From: Octopus vulgaris
Taxonomy: Eukaryota
Direction: 5' to 3'
Length of the DNA: 64,000 nt
Assembly (NCBI GenBank): GCA_951406725.2
Contig: OX597817.1
Coordinates: forward strand, 145,266,001 to 145,330,000
The first letter of the stretch is position 1. Every line of letters begins with the position of its first letter. Shown piece by piece: positions 51,807 through 64,000 of the stretch. The notes beneath the pieces were generated by a model, which ran no database searches, was not told where the DNA came from, and saw nothing but the letters and a program-made list of their open reading frames with translations. Made by a program: the position numbers and the translations under genes.

Positions 51807-53869
51807 GTTAGATCAAAATACTTACTTTCCGATATCTAAACCAATTAATTTCTTTTATTATTATTTCTAATCCGATTATGAACAGACTGAAAAATATTAT
51901 CTTCCGTTAATTCTACATTCTAACTTACTTTTTTGCTTATCATTTAATTGTTTGTTAGAAATAATTACACTTCAGAATTTTTATTTTCTTCTTATTTAAA
52001 GAAATTAGAATACTTGAAAATTACTTTCATGATGAGGTTTTTTTCTGCGCTTTAGTAGTATCGTCTACCATACCTGTATGTTTAACAACCCATACACACA
52101 TATCACTCTGACTAGCAACAGAAATGCAGTTACAGGGCTTTAGACTTTAAAACAGGCAAAATGACGGCAGTAGATTTCATGCCTTTTTGTAAATATATTT
52201 TGGTCATCGATGTACTTGAAAGCAGTGATAGAAGTGTGCTGATTAATTGGTTTAAATTTGTTCTAATTAACCAGTCAAACATGTTAAAAATAAGAGCTCA
52301 TTTGAGCCAATTTTGGTGACTAGGGAAATTAAGTCGTGGAAATTTAGATACAAAAGAAAATTAAATAAAATTACACTTGCAGTAAATAAACTGTTGCTCA
52401 TCTCATTTGCACTACATGACTAGAAAGTTCAACTTGATAGTTAGTGTAATGGCCAGCAGCCTTTACATACTCTAGCAATTGTTATGAAATGTATAGTAAG
52501 AATTTTCTAATATATTTCATTGTTTTTAATGGTCCTAATATACCTTTTGAATACATTGGACCTTTTGAATACATTTACGACATTGTAAATATTTATTGTT
52601 GCTTGTTGATAATGTATGTACAGAATGAGGTTCCATTCTTAGTTAGTGAACTAATAAAAGTTAAAAACATGGGCTACTATTTCTAGCATGTTTTTTCTAT
52701 GAAACATTTTCATTGGAAATAACTTCACTAACACTGGTTTAAATCCGACAATTCAGTAATTAGAAAGGATTATTTTAAAATAGTTTATTTCATAGTCTTA
52801 TATTTAGTATCAGTGAATCTCATAAGGTAAAATGTTACTCCCTATAAAAATTAGAGTATCTTTATTTCCAATTTTCTTTACTTTCATAGATGAGACGTTT
52901 ATCTAATTTTCAAACTATACATTTTAACTACCAAAATTGCTACTATGTCGACACCTCTGTATCTGTGTAGGCTTGGTTTTCATTGTGTTTTGATTTAAGT
53001 GACTGTACTTTCTCTGTATTTTAGTTGTCACCGTTTCATCAATATACTTTCAATAGAAAGAATGAAATTATTTCGTTTCTTATATGCCATACCAAATTGT
53101 CATTATGTAAATAGCTTGGTTAAAATGATTTCTCCCTGTGTAGAAGCTGTTAGAGGAGAGAGAATGAGAAAAGAGGAATTTAGCATGCCGAGCTCAGTTC
53201 TCTGCCCACTTGTAGTTATTATAGTACTTTAAGCATTAACAGAGGAGTTTAAAATCAATTGACTGTCGGAACTCCTGTTTACTAATAACGTATTTCTCAT
53301 ACATGTATCAAAGATTTAGAGACATTCCAAATATGGAAGCAAACCCTAGAATGGAGAGCTCTCTAAGTAAATCTAACAAAATGTTTTCGTTTGCAAGAAA
53401 GAAAGCAAAGTCATCTCAGAAATGGCCATGTTCAGTATGCAGATAAGAAGTAGGAAGTAATTCCATATGGTGTACCCAGCATAAACTATGGATACACAAA
53501 AAGTGTAGTGGGATCAGAGTAGGCTGGGGAAAAAGGAAGACTTCATATGTGACAAACATGTAGAGAGTAGTTTACAGGAAAAAACTGGTGAAATAAATTC
53601 TTTCAAATGCTCGGAAGGTTCTGTAGAAGTTGTCAGCAGTTTCTCTTATTTTACTCTACAGTAGAGGTCAATGCTCTGAAAGAATAGGAAACAGTAAAAT
53701 TGGGTGGAAGAAGTTTAGGAAGTTATTACCTTTGCTGGCAACAAAAGGATTCTCTCTTTGAGTATGAGCAGATTTGTAGCATGTATGATGCATGTGTGAG
53801 AAGTATGCTGTTATATGATAGCAAAAAATGGACATTAAATGCCAAGGATGGAAAGAGATGAAATGAGAA

Positions 53870-54241
53870 AGCTTCACTGGATATGTATTGATAAACATGT
53901 CAAGTACATCAACATAAAAAAATCAAATGGAAATTGTAGTTGTGATACCTGTGCCAGTGGCACATATAAAGCACCATCCAAACGTGGCTGATGCCAGCGC
54001 TGCCTTGACTGGCTTCCATGCCGGTGACATGTAAAAAGCACCAACTGATTGTAGCCGTTGCCAGCCTCCCCTGGCACATAAAAAGCACCCACTACACTCA
54101 CGGAGTGGTTGGCGTTAGGAAGGGCATCCAGCTGTAGAAACACTGCCAGATCAGACTGGAGCCTGGTGCAGCCTCCTGGCTTCCCAGACACCGTCGAACC
54201 GTCCAATATGGAAAATGGACGTTAAATGATGATGATGATGA
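53870..54241 (+). mobile_element. Repeat family C
   Basis: Family consensus ending in (GAT)n. Confidence 0.82.
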
Positions 54242-54580
54242 ACATGTATGAATTGTGAAGCACAAATGAGCCAAGACAAAATCAGTCTGCAAGAGGGAAT
54301 ACTTGGAGGATGACAACTACCATGAGAGCCACATCAAAGGAATGTGTGGGAGAAGATAACATGACAAGAAATGGTGAAAGCTAATCTCAGAATGTTGAAC
54401 CTCACAAAGGATATGTTGATTGACCATAATAAATAATGAGATGGTGTGTCCAATCTATAAAAGCATAGAAAAATATTCATGATTAATCATAGATATTGCT
54501 GTTTCCTATGACCTCACCATATGTTTTGTGCATGGTAACAACCTAAATGTTAAAACCAGTGGTGTGTGTGTGTGTGCATA

Positions 54581-55358
54581 GTGTATTTACTTGTGTATAA
54601 GTCACACAGTTTTGTTCTTGATTTTAACTAAGAAAACTGGGATGCAACTTATACATAGGATAAAGCTAAAAATTATGAAGGAGAAAAAGTAAGAAGCTAC
54701 GTTTATATATTTGTTTTGTGAGATTCTTGATGTGAAATCATGTGTTGAAACAGATGTTGTTGTATTTCGGAATGGTCATTTTGTCAGTTTAGCCAATAAA
54801 AACACACATGCTATATATTTGGTGTTAATTTGCTTCAGCTTTATTTAACTAAATACAACAACAAGAAAAAATAATAATAATAATAATCATAAGTAGGTGT
54901 AAACACATGAACAAAATAAACAAAAATAAAATATACAAAAACAAATTATACATCCGTGTATAAACAGGAGATACAAATATTACAGGCACCCCCCCCACAC
55001 ACACACACACTAACTAAACATAGACACACATAAAGGTATATGCATGCGCAAATGAAGACACATACAAAAGGAATACAAAATACAAAATGGCCGACCGTTA
55101 GAAAGGAGAGACACACAAATAAGACAGAAGAAAGCAAAGGACCACTGATGCGGTCACAAGAGTGTGACAAAAGAACTCTGGCTGAAATAAGATTAAGATT
55201 AATGTAAAAAATAAATAAAGCTGAAGCAAATTAACACCAAATATATAGTGCATGTGTTTTTATTGGCTAAACTGGCAAAATGACCATTCCGAAATACAAC
55301 GTTTGTAAGAAACCTTAACAGTAAACTAAGGATGGACCTTACTCACAAGTAAATACAG
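54581..55358. mobile_element. pogo-like MITE interrupted by a foldback-type insert
   Basis: Outer TIRs gtgtatttacttgtgtataagtc / gaccttactcacaagtaaatacag. Inner inverted repeat of about 89 bp at 54759-54847 and 55212-55300. Confidence 0.65.
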
Positions 55359-55957
55359 AATATATCTGCGTTTGTGATGTGGAAAATGAGTAAAAAAACG
55401 AGTTTGTGAAGAAGTCTATTTTTCACATGCATGGAATTTTTTTAAGAATATAGATGCTTTGTGGAAAAATGTTGGAAAGAAAGTACCTTCTCTCGTTCTT
55501 GGATTGAGAGATGTCCCACTTGAGGGTAGATTTTTTTTTTTCTTTTCCTCTTTATTTCTTTTGTGTGTTGTCTTAGATGTCTTCTCTTTGTTGTTTTATC
55601 AATAAATACTTCACTATTCTTGCTTGCTCTGTTAGTAAATATTTCAATGTCTTTGTTATTTTGTCTTAGCAAATCATTGCATATCCTTGTAATTTGTCAC
55701 GGCAGTTGCTAAGTCATTTTGATGAAATATAGAACCATAATTTTCTGTATTGTCACTCCAACTCCCTCAGGTTTAAATTTTGCCAGTGCTGATGTTACCT
55801 TTCACTCTTCCAGGGACAATAAAGTGCCAGCTAGGTACTGAGTCAATTTAATCAACTGCATTCCTTCTTCAGAAATACAGCCATTTTTTTTTTGCTAACA
55901 TTAGAAAGTGTCATTGAAACAAGTTTTAAATTATTGTTATTGTTATTATTGTTTCAG

Positions 55958-56096
55958 GTTGGTGATCAGATATTGGAGATCAATGGATATAATACCAATA
56001 ATATTACACACCAAGAAGCTATTGATATCATTCAAAATGGAGGCAATTCTGTACAGATGTTAGTTAAGAGGACTGGTAAACCACCGCCTAGTTTTG
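55958..56096 (+). CDS. MAGI: MAGI exon: remainder of PDZ5
   Basis: gtttcag acceptor. Encodes VGDQILEINGYNTNNITHQEAIDIIQNGGNSVQMLVKRTGKPPPSF. Donor G|GTAAGC, phase 0 to phase 1. Confidence 0.95.
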
Positions 56097-56564
56097 GTAA
56101 GCCACTTTTACAATATAATTAACTTGCTGGTTAACTCTTGACAAATTTTATTTAGAAGGAAAAAAAAATGTTATAAAGGTGTGTGCAATTATGTTTAATA
56201 TTTTCAAGTCCTTCACTGCAGAAACAGAATTTCAGGAGGCTGCAATTCTAGAAAGGAAGGGTTTAACAAAGTTTGATCAGGGGAACACAGGTGGAAAAAG
56301 TGGTAGACACATTGACAAGAATTAGTTTGTAGTTTGTTATTTGAGAGTAGCTGAAGCTCTTACAGTTGTGATCGAAAATAATAATAATAGTTGTGGTGTG
56401 TTGGTAAATGAATGTTGGCCAATCACCTAAATGACCTTTTTTTTTTACCAGACATTTACATTGGCCATAGTTGACATATTGTTGTACAGTATGACATTTT
56501 TAAGGTTAAGATTTGTTGTTAAAAAAAAAGTAATCAAAAGGAAATTCTAAATTAAAGTATCCTT

Positions 56565-58290
56565 ATCGTCATTATTATTTAGCATCCGTTGTCCATGCTT
56601 GGCAGGGGTTGGATGGTTTGACCAGGGCTGCACCAGATCCTAGTCTGATTTGGCATGGTTTCTAACACCAACCACTCCAGGAGTGTAATGAGTACTTTTA
56701 CATGCCACCAGCATGGGTGCCATTTGTGTGACACCAGTATCTGCCATGACTGCTGTCTTACTTGGCTTGATGGGTCTTCTTCTCAAGCACAACATAATGC
56801 CAAAGGTCTCGGTCATTCATCATTGCTTCTGTGAGTCAGTCCCAACATTCGAAAGGAGCTTTTTGTGCTACCGGCATCAGCCTCTTTGCCTCCATGAGGC
56901 CCAAAGGTGCTTTTTATATGCCACCAGTATGGGTGCCAGTTCTGTGACATCAATATCAGCCACAACTGTGATTTCACTTGGCTTGATGGGTCTTCTCAAG
57001 CGCTGCATATTGCCAAAGATTTTGGTAACTAGTCATTGCCTCTGTGAGGTCCAAAGTTCATGCTTCATCACCTCTTCCCATGTCCTCCTGGGTCATACCT
57101 CTACCACAGCTTCCCTCCACAGTTAGAAATTGGCACTTCTTTACACAGCTGTCCTCACCCATGCACATCATATGACCATACAAACGCAGTCATCTCCCTT
57201 GCACACCACATCCGATGCCTCTTATGCCCAACTTCTCTGTCAAGATACTTACACTCTGTCATACATGCACACTGACATTGCACATTCGGCAAAGCATACT
57301 GGCTTCATTTCTTTCAAGCCTACACAACCCATGTTTCACCGCTCTGTAATATAGCTGTTCACACACAGGCATCATACACTCTGCCTTTCACTCTGAAGGA
57401 GAGGCCCTTTGCTGCCAGCAGAGGCAGGAGATCTCTGAACTTTGCCTAGTCTATTCTTATTCTCACAGCTACACTCTCGGAGCATCCACCTCCTCTACTA
57501 ACTTGGTTACCCAGATAATGGAAGTTATCTGCTACCTCTAGCTTACCCCGCTGGCATTTGATGGAGTCTATTTTCTGTACATCTTCATTGTTTATTGTAC
57601 ACGTGCATCTTCCACACACAAAAGCTATTTTCCCTATTAACCTTCGTCTGATATTGCTGCACCTCTTATGTGTCCATAGCTTACGCTAGGTACATCTTAT
57701 GGAGTTTCTGCCTACACCTTTTCTACAGATAAAACAGGGCCATCTACCTGAAGGAATTTATAATTTGTCTGCCCTCCTACTTACTAAGACTTTGGTTTTT
57801 GCTAGATTAACTCAAATGCCCTTCAATTCTAGACCTTGCTTACATATCTGAAACTTCTCTAGTTCTGGTAGTAATTCAGCTATAAGAACAAGGTCGTCAG
57901 CATAGAGGAGCTCCTAGGGGCAGCCTGCCTTAAATTCCTGTTACTGCTTGGCGGTCTATGATGAACAAGAAGGGTCTGAGGACTGATCCTTGATGAACCC
58001 CTACTTCTACCCTGTACTTGTTGCCAACCCTCACCTTACTGATAGATAAGGGATCGAGGGACCTTGTCAAAGGCTTTCTTCAAGTCAACAAGTGCCAAGT
58101 ATAGAGGTTTGTCTTTGGCTATGTATTTCTCTTGCAACTGCCTTACCAGAAATATAGCATCACTGGTGCTTCTCTCTGACACAAAACCAAACTGCATTTC
58201 AACTAAACTCTCTCCCTAATAACTTTCATCACCTGACCCAACAATTTGATACTTCTGAAATTATTCCTATCTAAGGAATCACCTTTATGA
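56565..58290 (-). mobile_element. Decayed RTE-clade LINE: RT domain, Cys/His finger, C-terminus and family C 3' UTR
   Basis: Minus-strand RT motifs VDLKKAFDKVPRS (about 58050-58090), GVHQGSVLRPFLF (about 57962-58000) and GCP*ELLYADDLVLIAE (about 57875-57925). Stops and deletions are present. Confidence 0.92.
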
Positions 58291-58490
58291 GCTACTACTA
58301 GGTTCTTGCTGTGAAGACATATATCTAGGCAGGTTTTTTATAATATCCTGTGTCTCCAATCTTCCGGTTGTGAGCCATGTGTTCTGAGACCGAAGATTGC
58401 TTGGAGATTTGTCATGTTATAAAAGCCTGCCTAGACACGTATCTTTATCAGTTGATATATAATTTCATAAAATATTTTTCTCTATTCCAG

Positions 58491-58654
58491 ATGGCTTACC
58501 CTCCCCAACAAGCAGGACACCAGGCACTCTCAGTATGGCTAATGGGCCCATTGGCCACAGCTCCCCTCATATGGGAAGACGTAAGAACCCAGAACGTCCA
58601 TCTGACTACTTTCCAGAGTACAGCACTTATTCCCGTAATTATCCAAACTATTGA
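58491..58654 (+). CDS. MAGI: MAGI terminal coding exon
   Basis: tttttctctattccag acceptor. The phase-1 reading gives (D)GLPSPTSRTPGTLSMANGPIGHSSPHMGRRKNPERPSDYFPEYSTYSRNYPNY, ending in TGA at 58652-58654. Confidence 0.88.
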
Positions 58655-61600
58655 AGAGATCCACCATCTTTACTCTTGTCATGAACTCATCACTGCTGCA
58701 GCCGAGTATTTAGAAAAGGGCTGTGACCGGTCGAGGCGACATTTACGAGAGCTGCCAGCAGCTGTCAGATGAAACTGGGAGACAGGACAAAAGTCCCTTA
58801 ACCTTGTTGTGATAAAATATTTCTGTATTGTACAAAAAGGAAAGGAGTTGAATGCAGAAATAGATGATAAAAATATGATTATATATAATCAAGAAGTCTT
58901 ACCACTTACACAAAAAAAAAAAAACATTTTACAGACAGAGCTCTAACAATGAATCTTACATATTGTTGTAAGACATTGAACACACAATTTTATATCAAAA
59001 TTTTCCTTGAAAACAAAAGGCTCTGGGGATATTTTGTTTATATATTTTTTTTCTTTTAAACAATTTTTTTTACTATTTTACATAACAATTTAAAAACAAA
59101 ATTTTTATTGCATTTATTATTATTATTGTCGTTGTTGTACCTTTTGATGGCTATCAAGGTGTAACAGTGAGTTCTCTGCGAGTTAAACTCAATGACAAGA
59201 TTTCAGTTACTAGCAGGAACTATTTCACTTACATCACCAATGCCCTTGAGAAAGCATGAACATCACAACTGTACACTTCCCTTTCTTTATTAATCTGAGG
59301 CTTCGTGCCCATATAACATAGTATTACTATTATTATTAACCTTGGCCATGTGCCTAAATTAGAAACAATTATTATGCATATTATTATTATTAGGGATTGA
59401 CAGAATCATTAGGGCATCAGACAAAATGCTTTATAGTATTTGTTTGAGCTCTTTATGTTCTGAGTTCAAATTCTGCTGAGGTTAACTTTGCCTTTCATCC
59501 TTCCAGGATCGATAAAATAAAGTACCAGTCAAGTACTGGGGTCGTTGGTATCGACCAAACTCCTCTTTCTCTCTCAAAATTGTGGGCCTTGTGCCTAAAT
59601 CAGATACAATTAATATTATTATGAGATCAATATTGTTTCACCATGTACCAGAACGAACATGATGGAACAAACAAACATGAGCAGATATGGTGGTTTTGTA
59701 TGAATGTATATACCATTTCTGGAGTAGATCTTGTATTTAACTGTATAAACTGCCATTTTGTCCAACTGGTTCAAACCAACATTACACATGGACATAATAG
59801 TTTATTGATGATGTGTTTTAGAATCTACCGGAAGTGGACATAGAAAATAATCCTCAGATACCAAACTGTATATACGCACATGCAGTCATGAAGGAAATAT
59901 AAATTTCCTAATTAAATAAGTAATAATTTTTTTTTTTAACGGCTTCAATACTCTCCATTTCAACTTAGTTGGTTTTGATTAGTCCTATTTTTGAAATATA
60001 ACTCATTCTTAAAACTTGTGACTGGAAAATTTTTTTATACACATTTGATGTGTGGATGTGTGTATACGTGAGTCTATACGTACGTCTGTGTAAAAAGAAA
60101 AAAAACAGCTGTAAGTACTCCCAATATATATATATATAAATAGATAGGTAGATATATACAGACAATGTGTGTATTTAATTAAAATTGCTGATGATTTTTT
60201 TTTCAAATGTAAACATGAATCTATATTTTCATTTAATAATACCTGTGCACTGACAATTTAAACCAGTCGACTTATGAGACTGCAATTATTCTATATAATT
60301 GAACAATCCAAGTATCAGCTCACTTTTAATTCACCTGACCTTTATTAGCTTTCTTACTTGCATACTGGTTGTAAATCCTAAATGTTGACTAATTTTACCC
60401 CATTAGAAGTAAGTTTGAAAACAAAATTACTATGTCTGGTGGTGAAAATATACAAAAAACAACTAAAAAAAAACCAAAAAAAACTACACAGCCTTACATT
60501 GAATCTCAAATTGTTTTAATACTAAAATCGAAGGGTTTTCTCCTTGTTATTTTTAACATAATACCAGTTATTTAAGAAAACATTACTGCTGTAATTTGAA
60601 CCAGCATTGTGATGATAATGTTCAGCTACAATTCAAGCCAATATGCTGATATTTAGCATTATGTTGTCAGAGACTTTCTTCAACATCTTGGCTAGAATTT
60701 AACATATCAGTATATAAAATAAAAAGAACGCCTACTGTTTGAACTCACTATCAACAGTATTTAAAACTGGGTGCTGTGCACCTTAAATTTCAAAACAATT
60801 GAAGTAATGTTTAATAATCCACTTTGTTTCTTTCTTTAAATCTTATTCAAAAATTCTGCTGTTATTAAATATCATTGATAACATTTACATCAAAATCACT
60901 GGACAAGTGGTACGAAGGGATAGCAGTGAGTCTGTTTGACTGGATGGTTCCTATTATTCAATATGACAATAGTACAACTTAACCTACAAGATGTAGTAGT
61001 ACCAGAACAGTAGCACTGTAGCATTAGCTCTGTAGACAAAACTGCTTTAAGTTGAAACTTTTTTTTTTTTCCTTCAAACTGAATTATTTCAAAACTTGAT
61101 AGTAGACCTAAACTTTATTCAACACAAATCAGCCATATTTTCCCCTTTCACAGAACTCTAAAATTATTGAACATATATATTTAAAAAGGGTTTTTCTTTT
61201 TTTGTCATATTTTAATTCCTTATTTTCCCAAATATGTATGCTGTCTTTTAATTTGATTTTTGTCCACTTCTGATCATATTAAATTACAAAGAGCCTTCAA
61301 AAGCATCAAGGAACAAAAGAAAGGGATGCACCTTTTTCCTACATCATAATAATCTCTTTATAGTATGGCATTTTAGTCTTAAAAAATATTTCATCTTTTT
61401 CTCCTCTTTTTTATTAAATAATTATAAAAGTTTATTTCAATATTTCAAACATTATAGATCATATATGACTTCTTATATTATTCATCTCAAACTATAATAA
61501 TAATAATTTTCATGAGTTCTATGTAATCTTTCTCTTAAAAATATTTGATTCCAAATGCAATCTTAGCCATGAGGAAAGTACCTGCATTCAGAGTTAAGAT

Positions 61601-63610
61601 TTAAAAGAAAAGTGAAAATAATTTAATTTGCAACAATATAAAAACAAATGAGTCCCATCGTTCCAGTACTTTAAACAATCATGTTTTTAATGGCTCATTT
61701 CAAATGTGTGTAACTATATATATAGTGTGTGTATCCATGCATATAAAGCTATATATATATATATGTGTGTGCGTGAGAAAAATGTATAGTTAATTATAAG
61801 TTGTGCATTCAATATTTTGTAGATGCTTTCCTTTTTATGTTTAATTCATCTCCATCAGATGTTTGACGTAAGCCTCAAATTGAAAATAGGTTTGATAAAC
61901 AAAATGATCAAATCGTTGGAAAGATAAAGAAGCTACCGGAATTACAGGTAGAAGAAATGACCGGATATAGTGCACAGCATATTTTATGTGTGTGTATATA
62001 CAATAGGAATTTTTTAAAATAAGTATGTGTGTGTGTGTGAAAAAAGATTTCATAAATCCTGTATAGATATTGCATGGACATATTCAGAAAATGCTTCTTG
62101 CTTTAAATGGCTTGTGCAGACATTTTTTTCTTGTTTATTTAATAACTAGAATGAAATTGTAGGGGTATGAATGATAATTTAAATTGTATTTGTTTCTTCT
62201 TTCTTTTTTTTTTCTGTGTTGTCACTGTGTTGTGACACTTTCATAGCTACAGATTTTTTTATATTGTCAAAAAGAAATACAAATTGTTCTTTAAAAAAAT
62301 TTCAACAAAAAGATATCCTCTCTTTAAATTCAATACCAATAAACTTGTCAAAAGGAAAACCCTAAATTAGAACCCTTTTCCTGATTGAATGTTTTCATTG
62401 GTTTTTCATGCTGTAGCTCCAGATTGTGTTTCATCAATCGATATGTTTTCCTATTTGAAGTCTTAGAATTTTTCTTGTTTACCATTTTGTTAAAATCAGA
62501 TATAAATTGTACAATTAATCTACAATTTTTTTTTATTGCGAAAGGAAAACCTTGGCAAAAATGCTAACATGTTTTCTGCTGACAATCGAGAATATATGAT
62601 TCTAGAATTAGCTTTAGTTTGTAAACTGTAGCATTACAAGTGTACTTAGATTACCGACAATGGCTAAGGGTAGACATTCATTTTTTTAATAGGAGCTTTT
62701 ATTTCAATAGGTAATTTAAGTGTGTATTTTCTGTCAATATAGTTCAAAGAAGACTTTAACATGTAATTCATGTCTTCCAGTAATTTTTTTTTTTTTAAAT
62801 TAAAAACATCTTTTCTCTCTAAATGATTTTGAATAACCTTGTTTTGTTCTGTATTAGGTCTACTTTGCTAATTTAATATTCCAAATTTACAGGATAGAAT
62901 TAAAGAGCATTGTTCTGCCAAAATACATGTTGCAATAAATTTATAACTTTACTATACACATATGTATAGTAAAAATTTCCTAAGGGTTAAATCAAAATGT
63001 TATATGGGTTTATTCATATTCTTAAGGAATATTGTAAATTTATTTGCTTAACGGTTTATTTATTTCTAGTAAATATACCTTGGTTTTTGGTCCTTCTCAA
63101 TTTTACTCATGTAAACCTGGAAAATGGGTGCTAAACAGAAAGTGTGCCAATATGATGGCTCGTAAATGCTCTCTGAATACCATAGTTCTATTCCACTTTG
63201 AAAGAATCCATTTTTTTTCTTTTTAAATTTGGAATTAATTTCATTTATACAGGACACACAATTTTCTCTCAACTAAGCATTTATAACCAGTTTCAGACAT
63301 TTCAAATATTTAATAGCTATGGATAGCTTCAAGTGTACAATTTATTTATTGCTTATCTTAGTACAAACTTAACCAACTGTAGTAACGTGTACGATTTTCC
63401 TTTCCTTGTGCTTTATTCCTTTCATTTCTCAAATTCAGTAGCATGTTGCATTTTTCCTTGTTATTTTGCTGAGATTACACATGCCTGTACACACATATTC
63501 TGATGAAGTCCCTCTAAAGCAACAGACTATGGCCCACAAATTCAAACAAAATCAATGTATTGCAATTTACTTTATGAAATTGAAATGGAAAAAAAATTAA
63601 ATAAATAAAA
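58655..63610 (+). other. Probable long 3' UTR of MAGI; the end point is uncertain
   Basis: Follows the stop codon. AU-rich and nearly free of transposons apart from one SINE near 59390-59610. Candidate AATAAA signals at about 60718, 62338, 62934 and 63600/63604. Confidence 0.5.
59390..59610 (+). mobile_element. SINE family A, tail type 2, inside the putative 3' UTR
   Basis: gttctgagttcaaattctgctgaggttaactttgcctttcatcc...aagtaccag consensus. Confidence 0.8.
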
Positions 63611-64000
63611 ACTTTTGATTTTTATCTGAAACCTATATTTGTGCAGGCGCAAACAAAAATGATTTCAGACAAATTTAGGCAAAAAAAAAAAAAAAAACTT
63701 AAAAAAAAAAACACCCCTGAAAGTGAACATTTTTTCTTTTTAAATAATGTCGTCATATCTGGTGTTATGAAGGAAAAACAATAAAAGGGAATTTTAATTT
63801 ATTAATGAGTTTTCCATATTATTATCATCATTATCATCATCATCGTTTTCATCATGTACTGTGTTTATTATTAAGCATTTAAAAAAAAAAAAAGCAAACT
63901 CTTAATAAATTTTTGGGAATTACTTGAAGGTTGGCAAGTCTACTTTGAACTGGTTGGAATCCTCACAAGACAGGAAATGTTTGTCTTGATGTAAATATAC

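Noticed and set aside
58652-58690. Possible stop-codon readthrough at the MAGI TGA
   Set aside because: The context is TGA-A rather than TGA-C/CTAG, and the next in-frame stop follows after only 9 codons.
63499-63530. CTGATGA motif in the distal 3' region
   Set aside because: No stem II followed by GAAA.

Overview
AT-rich, microsatellite- and retroposon-dense animal genomic DNA. The repeat families and overall texture point to an octopod cephalopod, which is inference from pattern recognition, not a search result. The window holds the 3' part of one + strand, multi-exon gene encoding a MAGI-family scaffold (membrane-associated guanylate kinase, inverted). Ten GT-AG exons (1-591, 6246-6453, 18383-18511, 26149-26316, 36362-36396, 37263-37369, 38495-38564, 51645-51806, 55958-56096, 58491-58654) join in consistent phase into about 590 aa containing PDZ3, PDZ4 and PDZ5, followed by a probable 3' UTR of up to about 5 kb. 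The introns carry tRNA-derived SINEs, RTE/CR1/Tx1-like LINE fragments, a Tc1 transposase remnant and piggyBac-, hAT-, Merlin-like, pogo-like and mariner-like MITEs. Almost all other ORFs in the track are microsatellite or repeat artefacts. I see no clear new multi-gene system. The most promising unexplained signals are phase-compatible hidden exons of the MAGI gene (two candidate internal first exons, a cassette exon, an alternative donor inside PDZ4 and short stop-containing exons before PDZ5), a GC-rich structured intronic island, and several intronic inverted repeats or palindromes that could form dsRNA.
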